The notes under the pieces are model-generated. The model ran no database searches. It saw nothing but the letters and a program-made list of their open reading frames with translations, and was not told the origin of the DNA. Positions 1 to 9,359 of a stretch of DNA of 64,000 nucleotides are shown here, one piece after another. The stretch is from contig OZ241326.1 in NCBI GenBank assembly GCA_965199855.1, positions 2,496,001 to 2,560,000 of the forward strand, given 5' to 3'. The translations under genes were made by a program, and so were the position numbers. The number at the start of each line of letters is the position of its first letter. The first letter of the stretch is position 1. This stretch comes from a bacterium. GTDB taxonomy: Bacteria; UBA8248.

Positions 1-517
1 AGATGCGCGAGACCCCCTTGTAGGTGTTGATGTCCTCCTGAATGGCGACTTCGTCCGGCGTACCCATCTTGAAGTTGCCGCCCACGCGAACGTTCACCCC
101 CTCGGTGTTCTCGCGGACGATGACCAGGTCAATGGGCGCGTCCCGCTTGAGAGGGCAGAAATCGGGATGGAGCAGGGGCGCGGGGCGCAGGTTGACGTAG
201 AGGTCGAGCTCGAAGCGCAGGGCGCGAAGAAGGTCGCGGCAGTTCACGTCCTCGGGAATCCTGGGGTCGAGGCCCGCGCTGCCGAAAAGGATGGCGTCGT
301 GCGCCTCCGCCAGCTCTCGCGCTACGACCGCCGCGTCGTCCGGCAGGGGCGCGCCGCGTTCCAGGTAGTGAAGCGCGCCGTAGTCATAGACCCTGGGGCG
401 AACCTCCGCGCCCGAGGCGCCCACCGCCGCCTGAATCACCTCGGTCGCCACGGGCAGCACGTCGTGGCCCACGCCGTCTCCGGGGACGACGGCCAGGGAA
501 AGCGCTCTCCCGCTCAT
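1..517 (-). CDS. Isocitrate/isopropylmalate (tartrate) dehydrogenase family protein, 3' end runs off the window
   Basis: Not in the ORF track. Manual translation from ATG at 517 gives MSGRALSLAVVPGDGVGHDV...LRFELDLYVNLRP...IVRENTEG, with the hallmark PGDGxG, NLRP and RENTEG motifs. Confidence 0.88.
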   Translation of the reverse strand, partial: MSGRALSLAVVPGDGVGHDVLPVATEVIQAAVGASGAEVRPRVYDYGALHYLERGAPLPDDAAVVARELAEAHDAILFGSAGLDPRIPEDVNCRDLLRALRFELDLYVNLRPAPLLHPDFCPLKRDAPIDLVIVRENTEGVNVRVGGNFKMGTPDEVAIQEDINTYKGVSRI

Positions 518-531
518 GGGGGCCTCTCCGC

Positions 532-1707
532 TCACAGGTGCCTGACGACCTTGACGCGCTGCACGGCGTCGCCGGCCAGATGCGTCCAGATGGCCGCGTC
601 CCGCACGAGCTTCTCCGCGCCCACGTCCTTCATCACGCCCGCGCCCCCGTGGATGTCCATGTTCAGGTGAGTGACGCGCTGGATCGCGTCCGTGGCGAAG
701 TTCATCAGCAGAACGTTGTGCTTCCTGTCGCGGTCGGCGCCCTTTTCGAGGTCGCACGCGGTGCGCATGACGTAAGCGCGCAAAGCCTCGGTGAGCATGT
801 GCATCTCGGAGAGTTTGAGCTGAATCGCCTGGTGCTCGATGATGTATTTGCCGCCCTGCCAGCGCGTTCTGGCGTGGTTCATCGCCATGTCCACGGCCGC
901 TTGGCACACGCCCAGGCCGTTGGCGGAGAGCTCGAGATCCCCGAACTCGGAGGTGTCGCCCTTTCGCGCCTGAACGCCCCGGTTCACCTCGCCCACCACG
1001 TTGGCGTGCGGCACGCGGGCGTCCTCGAAAATGAGCTCCGCGTTCTGATAGAACCGCCAGCCGATCTTGTCATAGACCTTCCCTACGCGAAAGCCCGGCG
1101 AATCGCTCGGCACGAGGAACAGCGTGGTGCCATCCGCGATGGGAGCGTCAGGGTCGGTTCTTCCGTCTATGAAGAAGAGCTTCGCCACGCTTCCGTTGGC
1201 GATGTAGCGCTTGCGGCCGTTGAGCAGCCATTCGTCGCCTTCGCGCGCGGCCCCGAGCTTCCAGCCTGTCCGGGGGTCGTCCGAGGGCATCCGGTTGTCC
1301 GATCCCGCCGCCTCCTCGGTTCCTCCCTTTCCGAGGAGATACGCGTCGTCCTCGAGAAACGGCTTCAGGAACCTGTCCTTTTGATCCTCCGTGCAGGAGG
1401 CGGCGATCAGGTGGCTCCACTTCCAGCACTGGCTGAACGTTTTCGAGATCGCGCTGTCCCCGCGCGCGAGCTCCTCCATCACCAGCGCCTGGGTGACGAA
1501 GTCGATGCCGTGGCCGCCGCGCTCCTTGGGGACGACGGCGGTGCGAAAGCCGAGCCTCGAACCCTTCTTTATGATCTCCCAGTCGAAGGTCTCGCGCGGG
1601 TCGGCTATCATGTCCCGCTCCAGGGAGATCGGCGCGATCTCCTCGACGGCGAACTTTCGCGCCTTGTCCCGCCACTCCCGCTGCTCTTCGTTCAAATCGA
1701 AATCCAT
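532..1707 (-). CDS. Acyl-CoA dehydrogenase family flavoprotein (atypical active site)
   Basis: MDFDLNEEQ start, TExxxGSD, LNGRKRYIANG and HGGAG...EKLVRDA motifs. Confidence 0.9.
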   Translation of the reverse strand: MDFDLNEEQREWRDKARKFAVEEIAPISLERDMIADPRETFDWEIIKKGSRLGFRTAVVPKERGGHGIDFVTQALVMEELARGDSAISKTFSQCWKWSHLIAASCTEDQKDRFLKPFLEDDAYLLGKGGTEEAAGSDNRMPSDDPRTGWKLGAAREGDEWLLNGRKRYIANGSVAKLFFIDGRTDPDAPIADGTTLFLVPSDSPGFRVGKVYDKIGWRFYQNAELIFEDARVPHANVVGEVNRGVQARKGDTSEFGDLELSANGLGVCQAAVDMAMNHARTRWQGGKYIIEHQAIQLKLSEMHMLTEALRAYVMRTACDLEKGADRDRKHNVLLMNFATDAIQRVTHLNMDIHGGAGVMKDVGAEKLVRDAAIWTHLAGDAVQRVKVVRHL

Positions 1708-1785
1708 GAATGCCCGCCCTCATCGTTGAAGGGAAACCGGAACCGCGCCCGCGCCCCCGCGCGCGGCCCGAAGCCCGCGAGAAGC

Positions 1786-2928
1786 CTAGACGGAAGCTCC
1801 CTGGCTCAGGGACAAAAACGCCGCATCCTCCTCGTGGATCAACCTCAGGTCCCGCTCCATCTCGCGCACGAGGGGAATCACATGCCTGCCCACGTTTTCG
1901 CATTCCTCATGCAGGGGGAAGCCGGAGAGAATCAGCATATCCACGCCTGCCTGCTCGATCTCGACGATCTTCCGCGCGCACTGCGCGTAGGAGCCCACGA
2001 TGGCGACGGCGGAACCCGAGCGAATTCGGCCCATGCCCGCCCAGAGGTTGGGCCCCACCATCTCCTCCCTCGTCCGCGCCTGCTGCTCCTTCGTGCCCCG
2101 GCTCTCGAAGGAGGAGATCACCTTCCCCCGATGCGCCAGCACCTCGGGATCGACCCGGCTCATCACCTCCTCTGCCGCCTCGAAGGCTTCCGCCTCGCTC
2201 GCGCGCGCGAAGATCTGAAAGCGCGTCACATATTTGAGGGGGCGCGTCCGCCCCGCGCGCTCGCATTTCGCCTTCATGCGCTCGACGCGCTCCGCCACCT
2301 GCCCAGGGGTTTCGCCCCAGAACACCGAATACTCCGCCCGCCGGACGGCGATGTCCTGCGCGACTTCCGAGGAGCCCGCCATGAAGAAGGGAATCCGCGG
2401 CTGCTGGAGGGGCCGGGGATACACGGTGGCGTCCTTGAGGCGGTAGAACTTCCCCTCAAAGGAGTATTTCTCCCGCGTCCAGAGGCCCTCGAGGATTTCC
2501 AGGTATTCGTCCGTCCGCTCATAGCGGGCGTCATGGTCGAGCGACTCGCCGTAGTTCGAGAGCGCGGCGCCGCCCGTCACGACGTTGTAGAGAATGCGGC
2601 CGCCCGTGAGCTCGTCGAGAGAGGCCATCATCCTAGCGCAAATGGCCGGATCGATGACGCCCACCCGCACCGCCAGAAGCAGCTTGATCGTCTTCGTCGC
2701 CGGGCCGATGACGGCGGCGTTCACCATGCTGTCCCAAGTCGGCGCCTGCGGCCCGTAGTGGCCGCTGACCTGCGAGGTGGGCACCAGGATGGTGGTGAAG
2801 CCGCTGCGCTCGGCGTTTCGCGCGATGCGGGTAAAGGTGTCGTAGCCGGGGGGATGCTCGGCGAATTTGCGGCCGATGTGCGCGCTGTCGCCGTCGCAGG
2901 ACATATACCACGCGAGCTCTATCGCCAT
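1786..2928 (-). CDS. LLM-class flavin-dependent monooxygenase, SsuD/alkanesulfonate monooxygenase-like
   Basis: NVVTGG, DHDARYERTDEYL, AGSSE and GPNLWAG...GSAVAIVGS motifs, typical of the SsuD family. Confidence 0.88.
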   Translation of the reverse strand: MAIELAWYMSCDGDSAHIGRKFAEHPPGYDTFTRIARNAERSGFTTILVPTSQVSGHYGPQAPTWDSMVNAAVIGPATKTIKLLLAVRVGVIDPAICARMMASLDELTGGRILYNVVTGGAALSNYGESLDHDARYERTDEYLEILEGLWTREKYSFEGKFYRLKDATVYPRPLQQPRIPFFMAGSSEVAQDIAVRRAEYSVFWGETPGQVAERVERMKAKCERAGRTRPLKYVTRFQIFARASEAEAFEAAEEVMSRVDPEVLAHRGKVISSFESRGTKEQQARTREEMVGPNLWAGMGRIRSGSAVAIVGSYAQCARKIVEIEQAGVDMLILSGFPLHEECENVGRHVIPLVREMERDLRLIHEEDAAFLSLSQGASV

Positions 2929-3097
2929 GCGGGCTCTCTCCGAACAGCGTCCGTCGATGAACGGCGGGCAGTATATCCCCCGAGTCGCCTCCCGTCATTC
3001 AGGCGCGCTCATCCTCGGGCGAATACCAAGTACCGGAAAAAGCCGCCGGACGCCGAGAAGCCGACCTGCGGGCGCGCCGAATCCGCAGGGCGATGAA

Positions 3098-3970
3098 TCA
3101 GACTCCCCCGTCGCCCAGAAACGCCCGCATCTGGCGGCGATAGTCCGCGTCGTTGCTGTATTTTTTGATGAACCCGGGCGGGGGAACGCCCTCCAGCTCC
3201 TCGGGCGGCGCCCCTTCCCTGAGCGCCTTCAGGACTGCGTAGGCAGCCTGCGCCGCCGCCATGATGGGCTGGTGTCCCTGGAGGGCGACGCGCACGCCCT
3301 GGGCCGCGAGATAATCCCGCCCGCGCGTATCCTTCCCGCTCCCGCCCAGGATGAGGGGAAGCCTCACCTCCGCGGCGATGGCCTCGAGCTGCTCTCGGCC
3401 CTGAACGCCCACGAGAAACAGGGCGTCCACCCCCGCCGCCTCGTAGGCTTTGGCCCGCGCGATGGCGTCCTCCGTCCCCGTGAGGCGGGGCGCGCTTGTT
3501 CTGCCGGCGATGACCAGCCGCGGGTCGCGGCGTCCCTCAAGGGCGGCGCGCATCTTGCCGACGCCCTCCTCGAGCGAGGTAAGCCGCGCCGCGCCCCCCG
3601 AGCCGAATCCCTGCGGGAGCGCGGTGTCTTCTATCGAGAGCGCCGCCACGCCCGACGTTTCCAGCTCCTCGACCGTCCGCTTCACGTTCAGGGCGTTGCC
3701 GTAGCCGTGAGCGGCGTCCACCAGGAGAGGAACGCCGGCCGCGCGGTTGATTCTGAGCGCCTGGCCCGCAAACTCCGTCAGCGTCAGCAGGATGACGTCG
3801 GGCGCGCCCAGAACGGTCAGCGAGGCGGTCGAGCCCGCGAAGATGCCGACCTCGAAGCCCAGCTCCTCGGCCATGCGCGCGGTGAGGGGGTCGTAGATCG
3901 AGGCGGGATGGGCGCATCCCCCGCCCGCTAGCAGGGCGCGGAACTTCTCCCGCCTTTCCGTCCAGCTCAT
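3098..3970 (-). CDS. Isocitrate lyase/PEP mutase superfamily, oxaloacetate decarboxylase-like
   Basis: ASIYDPLTAR, LGAPD, DxxHGYGNALNV and IEDT motifs, resembling the Pseudomonas PA4872-type subfamily. Confidence 0.82.
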   Translation of the reverse strand: MSWTERREKFRALLAGGGCAHPASIYDPLTARMAEELGFEVGIFAGSTASLTVLGAPDVILLTLTEFAGQALRINRAAGVPLLVDAAHGYGNALNVKRTVEELETSGVAALSIEDTALPQGFGSGGAARLTSLEEGVGKMRAALEGRRDPRLVIAGRTSAPRLTGTEDAIARAKAYEAAGVDALFLVGVQGREQLEAIAAEVRLPLILGGSGKDTRGRDYLAAQGVRVALQGHQPIMAAAQAAYAVLKALREGAPPEELEGVPPPGFIKKYSNDADYRRQMRAFLGDGGV

Positions 3971-4010
3971 TTCAGGCCCGCCTCCCGAAGGCGGGCGCGG
4001 ACGGGCCGGC

Positions 4011-4402
4011 TCACATCACCTCCCGCCCGCCGTCCGAATAGGTGATCCGCATCGTCACGGAGCCCTCGTTCAAAAGCCAGGGACGGATGGTGAACTCGCG
4101 CGCTCCGCTCGCGTGCATGGGGTCGGACTCGGCGATGCGTCTCGCCTCGGCCAAGGAGCCGGCGCGGATGATGACCATGCCCTCCCCCTCCCATCGCTCC
4201 TCGTCATCCGTCCAGAAGGGGCCCGCGCCGAACATGACGCCCTTTTGCTCCAGCTCCACCTGGAACTTCAGGTGTTCCTCCAGGTTCTCCATCACGGGCC
4301 CCATGCCGTTCGCAGGCCGGGTGAAATAGACGTACATCTGCTTTTGAAGACACCCCGGCTGGCGTTCAGCACGTCCCGCGCGCTGATTTGCGGCTCGCTC
4401 AT
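4011..4402 (-). CDS. YciI family protein; apparent 1-nt deletion in a G run near 4353-4356 separates the N-terminus (ATG 4402) from the body (4011-4337)
   Basis: EHL...GP...AESDPM YciI motifs. GGAG precedes ATG 4402 (MSEPQISARDVLNASR), which joins GCLQKQMYVYFT if one G is added. Confidence 0.75.
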
Positions 4403-4576
4403 GCTCGCTCCCGTAGCAAGGGTTGAAGGGACGGCGATTTTCCCGTCGATTTGAACCTCGGGACTATACCATTTTTTTCCCGCGCCATGAGACGCGCGGC
4501 GGCGCATGAGGGAGAGGACGCAGCGCCCGGCGAGCGCGTCGCCCGCCGCCGGAACTCATCGGACGGCGGCGCATCA

Positions 4577-5023
4577 TCAGGTTCTGGGGCGCGCGTCCTC
4601 CTCGCGGCGCACCGAGCCGCCCACGACGATGGCGGCGCTCAGGAGGATGAGGTTTTTGATGATGTATTGCCCCTCGAGCGTGGGGGCGAAGGGAATCCGG
4701 GTGAAGCAGACCTCGGGTAGGAGGACGAGGGGAAGAATCGTCCCCGGCATCTGCGCGAAGAGCAGGAAAAGGGCGACGCGGACGAGCGGGCGGAAAAGCA
4801 GGCCCACGCCTATCCCCACCTCCCACCAGCCGAGCAGCGGGATGAAAAAATCGGGCGGAAGCCAGTAGACCGTGCGGCGCACGAGGTCGGTCCCCGCGCT
4901 GAGCCCCAAGGGCTTGAGGACGCCGAACCAGACGAAGACGACGGCGAGCGAAATTCTGAGGAAAAGCCGGCCGTAGCGGTTCATCCAGCCCGCGATATGG
5001 CGATCGATTTTTTCGAAGCGCAT
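4577..5023 (-). CDS. DoxX/YkgB-like membrane protein
   Basis: LRISLAVVFVWFGVLK and EGQYIIKNL motifs with hydrophobic helices. Start placed at ATG 5023. Confidence 0.8.
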   Translation of the reverse strand: MRFEKIDRHIAGWMNRYGRLFLRISLAVVFVWFGVLKPLGLSAGTDLVRRTVYWLPPDFFIPLLGWWEVGIGVGLLFRPLVRVALFLLFAQMPGTILPLVLLPEVCFTRIPFAPTLEGQYIIKNLILLSAAIVVGGSVRREEDARPRT

Positions 5024-5293
5024 TTTCAAGGGGCGCTTCCGTCCGTCCGGCGGCTTGGGCTCAAGGGGAGCGGGGAGCGGCGCGCGTGAAACGCGCGGGG
5101 CGCATCCATGCGTTCCTTGCGCGAAGACCGCGAGCGAGGCCCCGACGCTTCGGATGATAGCCTTTCCCCGCGTCCGTGAAAATACCCGAGGCTCCCGACG
5201 CTTCCTCGGCGAAGCGCCTCTCTCCCTGAAAGCTTTCAGGCCCCGGCCGCGCTCCGGTGCTAGATCGAGGAGCCGGAGAGGCGCGCCCCCAAA

Positions 5294-5322
5294 TTGAAAA
5301 AGACGGCGCTTTGCCGCATACT
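5294..5322 (+). promoter_or_regulatory. Putative sigma70 promoter for the CocE/NonD gene
   Basis: TTGAAA-17 bp-CATACT, upstream of the AGGAGG RBS and ATG 5415. Confidence 0.55.
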
Positions 5323-5414
5323 TCCCCACATCCTGAGCGCGAAAACGCGAACCGGGGCGGACGGCGGATTCGGCCGAAGCCGCGCCGTCCCATCCTCAAA
5401 CCCAGGAGGCGCAC

Positions 5415-7142
5415 ATGATCATCGAACGCGATTTGCCCGTTGAAATGGACGACGGGGTGGTGCTGCGGGTCGACGTCTACAGACCGGACACCAAGGCGAA
5501 GGCGCCGGTCGTCATGGCCGGCGGCCCCTACGGCAAGGGCGTCAAATACCAGGAGCACTACAAGCCGCTCTGGGATTCGCTGGTGAAGATGCACCCCGAC
5601 GTCCTGTCGGGCTCCCAGCACCGCTGGCTGACCTGGGAGACGGTGGACCCCGAAATCTGGGTGCCGTGGGGCTACGCCTGCGTGCGCCTCGACTCGCGCG
5701 GGGCGGGACGCTCTCCGGGGTATCTCGACATCTTCTCCCCCCGCGAAACCAGGGACTTCGCTCTCGCCATCGAGTGGGCGGGCCGCCAAAAGTGGTCGAA
5801 CGGCAAGGTCGGCCTGAACGGCGTCTCCTACTACGCCATCAACCAGTGGCAGGTCGCCGCGCTCCAGCCGAAGCACCTCACGGCGATGATCCCCTGGGAG
5901 GGCGCCGCTGACCACTACCGCGACTGGGCGCGGCACGGCGGCATCCTCTCCAACAAGTTCATGGAAATCTGGTATCCGCGCCAGGTAGAGGCGGTGCAGC
6001 ACGGAAACCCCGACGGCCCGCGCGACCATTGGATGAAGACGCGCTCGACGGGCCCGGCGGCGCTCTCCAGGGAGCGGCTCAAGGACAACCGCGCCGACAC
6101 GCTCGGGAACTTCCTGGCGCGAGAGATGGACGACGACTGGTATCGCTCGCGCTCGCCCGACTGGTCGAAAGTGAAGGTGCCCTTCCTCAGCGCGGGGAGC
6201 TGGGCGGGCTTCGGCCTGCACCCGCGCGGCAACTTCGAGGCGTTCACGCAGGCGGCTTCGAAGGAGAAGTGGCTGGAGGGGCACCCGGGCCGGCACGAGG
6301 AGTGGTTCTACCTCGAATACGGAATGCAGCTGCAAAAGCGCTTCTTCGACTACTACCTCAAGGGGGAGCGCAACGGCTGGGAGAAGGAGCCGCGCGTGTG
6401 GCTCAACCTCCGGCGCCCCTTCACCGACGAAGTGGAGCTGCGCAAGGAGCGCGAGTGGCCGCTCAAGGGCACGAAATGGACGAAGCTCTATCTCCACGCG
6501 GGCGGCAAGGGCAAGCTCGACTGGACGGCGCCGAAGGTCAAGCGCTCGAAAACCTTCCGCGCCCTCACGCGCGGGATCACGCTGATGACGCCTCCCCTCA
6601 AGGAGGAGACCGAGATCACCGGCCCCATGGCGGCCAAACTCTTCATCTCCTCCTCCACGAAGGACGCCGATTTGTTCGTCACCGTCCAGGCGTTCTCGCC
6701 CAAGGGGCGCGAGGTGTATTTCCAGGGGACGGTGGACCCCAAGACGCCGCTCGCCCAGGGCTGGCTGCGCGCCTCCCACCGCAAGCTCGACCCGGAGAAA
6801 TCCACCCCTTGGCGGCCGTATCACGCCCACGACGACAAGCAGCCGCTGACGCCGGATCGCATCTACGAGCTCGACGTGGAAATCTGGCCCCAGTGCATCG
6901 TCCTGCCCAAGGGCTTCCGCCTGTCCATCAACATCGCCGGACAGGACTTCGACCGCCCCGGTCCGGCGGTCGAGGCTTACGTGCCCTCGCGCGGCTCGGG
7001 GCCGTTTCTGCACGATCACCCGGCGGATCGCCCGAAAGAGGTCTTCGGCGGGCGCACCACCCTGCACACGGGGCCGAAGCACGCATCCTTCCTCCTCGCG
7101 CCGATCATCCCGAAGCGGCGGCGCGGCGCGGTGGTGAAGTAG
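5415..7142 (+). CDS. CocE/NonD family serine hydrolase
   Basis: MDDGVVLRVDVYRP, DSRGAGRSPG, nucleophile GVSYYA, and a C-terminal PepX-like domain. Confidence 0.92.
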   Translation: MIIERDLPVEMDDGVVLRVDVYRPDTKAKAPVVMAGGPYGKGVKYQEHYKPLWDSLVKMHPDVLSGSQHRWLTWETVDPEIWVPWGYACVRLDSRGAGRSPGYLDIFSPRETRDFALAIEWAGRQKWSNGKVGLNGVSYYAINQWQVAALQPKHLTAMIPWEGAADHYRDWARHGGILSNKFMEIWYPRQVEAVQHGNPDGPRDHWMKTRSTGPAALSRERLKDNRADTLGNFLAREMDDDWYRSRSPDWSKVKVPFLSAGSWAGFGLHPRGNFEAFTQAASKEKWLEGHPGRHEEWFYLEYGMQLQKRFFDYYLKGERNGWEKEPRVWLNLRRPFTDEVELRKEREWPLKGTKWTKLYLHAGGKGKLDWTAPKVKRSKTFRALTRGITLMTPPLKEETEITGPMAAKLFISSSTKDADLFVTVQAFSPKGREVYFQGTVDPKTPLAQGWLRASHRKLDPEKSTPWRPYHAHDDKQPLTPDRIYELDVEIWPQCIVLPKGFRLSINIAGQDFDRPGPAVEAYVPSRGSGPFLHDHPADRPKEVFGGRTTLHTGPKHASFLLAPIIPKRRRGAVVK

Positions 7143-7285
7143 GGATTTGAAGCGAGGAGCGGCGGCGCGAAACAGCGGTTCGCCGTGAAGACGAAGGGAA
7201 GTTCGGGCCGGGGGCGCGTCCCTCGGCCCGACGGCTTCCTCGCAGGCAAGAACAGATTCAAGGCTTCAGAATATGAACCGGACGG

Positions 7286-8050
7286 TCAGCGCCTCTGTTT
7301 TTTCCTTGCTTTCCTGCTGTTCAATTCGCCCCTGTTTTTCAGCCTTTTCTCGTGTTTCTTGCGAGGCTCCAGCTCTTTTCTCAACTCCTCGATTTGATTT
7401 TGGAGCGCATCGATTTCTACGGCGCGTCGGGGGACTCCGGGCTTGGCCTTGGGTCTCCGCGTCAAACTCAGGTCTTTGACCCTGCGTCCCCCTTCCACGA
7501 AAGTAACCGAGTCGTAGTAATCCTCCAGCCGAACGTAAACGCCTACTTCCTCCGCCCATTCCTTCAATTCTCTCTTGCACGAGATATCCCAGGCCAGAAC
7601 CTCAATACCCCAGCCCTCTTTGTACAGGCGCTCCATATCGGCGTGAAAGCCGATTCCGTCATCGATTCCCGCGCCGTCTCCCGTAAGCAGAACGGCTACC
7701 TGCGGATTGTCCCGGTTGTCGAGGCCGGCGCGCAGGATATGCGTCTGCAGCACCTGATCGACTCCCTGCTCCGTCCCCGTAATTCCGCCGCGCTCCAAAA
7801 ATACGGGCTTGATGCCCGTCTCCTTTTCTATAGCCTGCCGAATCTGGTTTTGTTCGCGAGGCTCGGAGCCGACCACGAACGCGCAGCGCTCGTCGCAATG
7901 GCGGCCCGCCACGGCCAGCCTGCACAGATGCGAAAACTGAATCCGGAGAGCTCTTTGATCGAACCCGGGCTCCCTGGACGGAACGACCTTCTGGGCCGAT
8001 ATGAATATGTTGGAGTTGTCCCAGAACAAATACACTTCAGGCGCGCTCAC
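7286..8050 (-). CDS. NYN/LabA-DUF88 (PIN-like) domain protein, putative RNase, with coiled-coil/basic C-terminal tail
   Basis: Acidic motifs FWDNSN, EQGVD, LLTGDG and GFxxxxxxL. Visibly AT-richer than the flanks. Confidence 0.8.
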   Translation of the reverse strand: MSAPEVYLFWDNSNIFISAQKVVPSREPGFDQRALRIQFSHLCRLAVAGRHCDERCAFVVGSEPREQNQIRQAIEKETGIKPVFLERGGITGTEQGVDQVLQTHILRAGLDNRDNPQVAVLLTGDGAGIDDGIGFHADMERLYKEGWGIEVLAWDISCKRELKEWAEEVGVYVRLEDYYDSVTFVEGGRRVKDLSLTRRPKAKPGVPRRAVEIDALQNQIEELRKELEPRKKHEKRLKNRGELNSRKARKKQRR

Positions 8051-8065
8051 AATCCAGTTCCCTTC

Positions 8066-8141
8066 TGGTGGGCGGGAGAGGGTTCGAACCTCCGACCTAC
8101 GCCTTGTAAGGGCGCCGCTCTGCCAGCTGAGCTACCCGCCC
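8066..8141 (-). tRNA. tRNA-Val (anticodon TAC)
   Basis: GGGCGGGTAGCTCAGCTGGCAGAGCGGCGCCCTTACAAGGCGTAGGTCGGAGGTTCGAACCCTCTCCCGCCCACCA: 76-nt cloverleaf, TTCGAAC T-loop, encoded CCA. Confidence 0.97.
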
Positions 8142-8237
8142 GCGCGGAAGCGGCGCGAGGAGAATAACACTTTTGCGAATTGAGCGGCTATCGCGCGAGC
8201 CGACGTGAATTCGGCCGCGGGGGCTTCATCCGTCCGG

Positions 8238-9359
8238 CTAGATCTTCAGCTCCCCGTTCCTGGAGAAGAGCTTTCCGTCCACGAAGACCTCGCCCCCCTC
8301 CCGCAGGTCGCACACCATGTCCCAGTGCAGGGCGGAGTCGTTTCTCGATCCGCTCTGCGGATAGCCCTTGCCCAGGGCGAGGTGCAGGGTGCCGCCGATT
8401 TTCTCGTCGAACAGCGTGTTCTTCGTGAAGCGCCGGATGCCGTCGTTCAGGCCGAAGGCGAACTCCCCCACCCTTCTCGCGCCCTCGTCCATGCCGATCA
8501 TGGACTTCAGAAAAGCCTCGTTCTTAGAGGCCCGCGCCTTCACGACCTCTCCGCGCTCGAACTCGAGCTCGACGCCCTCCACCTCGCGCCCCGAGATGCA
8601 GGCGGGGAAGGAGTAGCGAACCTTCCCGTCGATTCTGCGCTCCTGGGGGCCGGTGAAAATCTCCCCGTCCGGAAAATTGTTGTGGCCCGCGCAGTTCATG
8701 AACGGACGCCCCGCGATGCCCACGCGCAAATCGGTGCCCGGCGCGCCGATCTCCACCACCTTGCGGCCCTTGAGATAGCGAATCACCCGCGCCTGGCGCC
8801 TCTCCAGCGCCCGCCAGCGCCGCGCGCCGCCCGGGGCGTCGGCGAAGCACGCGCCGAAGACGAAATCCTCGTATTCGCGCAGCCCCATCTCCGCGTCCTG
8901 CGCGTAGGCTTCGGTGGGAAAGAGGGTCAGCGTCCACCTGAGGCCCTTCTCGCCCGTTTTCTCATATTGGGCGGCGCGCTTCATAAAAATTTCCATGACG
9001 GACTGCCTGGCTCCGGCGGCGAGCGCCTGCTTTTTGGGGTCGGCGCCCGAGAGCCGCCTGGTGTTCGTCTCGGACAGGACGCTGATGAGCGCGTCCGCCT
9101 TCTCGACCTCGAACCGCCGCAGGGGCGAGAGGTGGGCCAGTTGCCGCCGGCTGGCGCGCTCGAAGAAAATCTCCTCCACCCCCGGCAGCGAGACGTCGAC
9201 GTAAGGGTGCGCGCCGCGCTTGAGGCACGCGGCGTAGAGGGCGCGAAGCAGGGGCGCCGCCGCCGTCCCGCCCCGGATGCCCACGAGGTCGCCCCGCTTC
9301 ACCCGCGCCGAATACCCCGTGATGATTTCCGCCATCCGCTCTACGCGCGCATCCTCCAT
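8238..9359 (-). CDS. Aminopeptidase, peptidase M29 (AmpS/AmpT) family
   Basis: NFPDGEIF, GEFAFG, LFDEKIGGTLHLALG and SALHWDMV motifs. Confidence 0.93.
   Translation of the reverse strand: MEDARVERMAEIITGYSARVKRGDLVGIRGGTAAAPLLRALYAACLKRGAHPYVDVSLPGVEEIFFERASRRQLAHLSPLRRFEVEKADALISVLSETNTRRLSGADPKKQALAAGARQSVMEIFMKRAAQYEKTGEKGLRWTLTLFPTEAYAQDAEMGLREYEDFVFGACFADAPGGARRWRALERRQARVIRYLKGRKVVEIGAPGTDLRVGIAGRPFMNCAGHNNFPDGEIFTGPQERRIDGKVRYSFPACISGREVEGVELEFERGEVVKARASKNEAFLKSMIGMDEGARRVGEFAFGLNDGIRRFTKNTLFDEKIGGTLHLALGKGYPQSGSRNDSALHWDMVCDLREGGEVFVDGKLFSRNGELKI

Noticed and set aside
538-3096. 852-aa plus-strand ORF
   Set aside because: Antisense shadow of two clear minus-strand genes; expected with high GC3 and has no recognisable motifs.
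4407-4418. 12-bp CGCTCCCGTAGC shared with the region upstream of the R-M gene near 14511
   Set aside because: On the minus strand it contains the GGGAG ribosome-binding site of each gene; two copies do not support a repeat family.
7143-8141. Integrative element or prophage at tRNA-Val
   Set aside because: No integrase and no duplicated tRNA 3' end seen downstream. The 11-bp match near 24560 lies inside the MFS gene, on the wrong side, and is likely chance.
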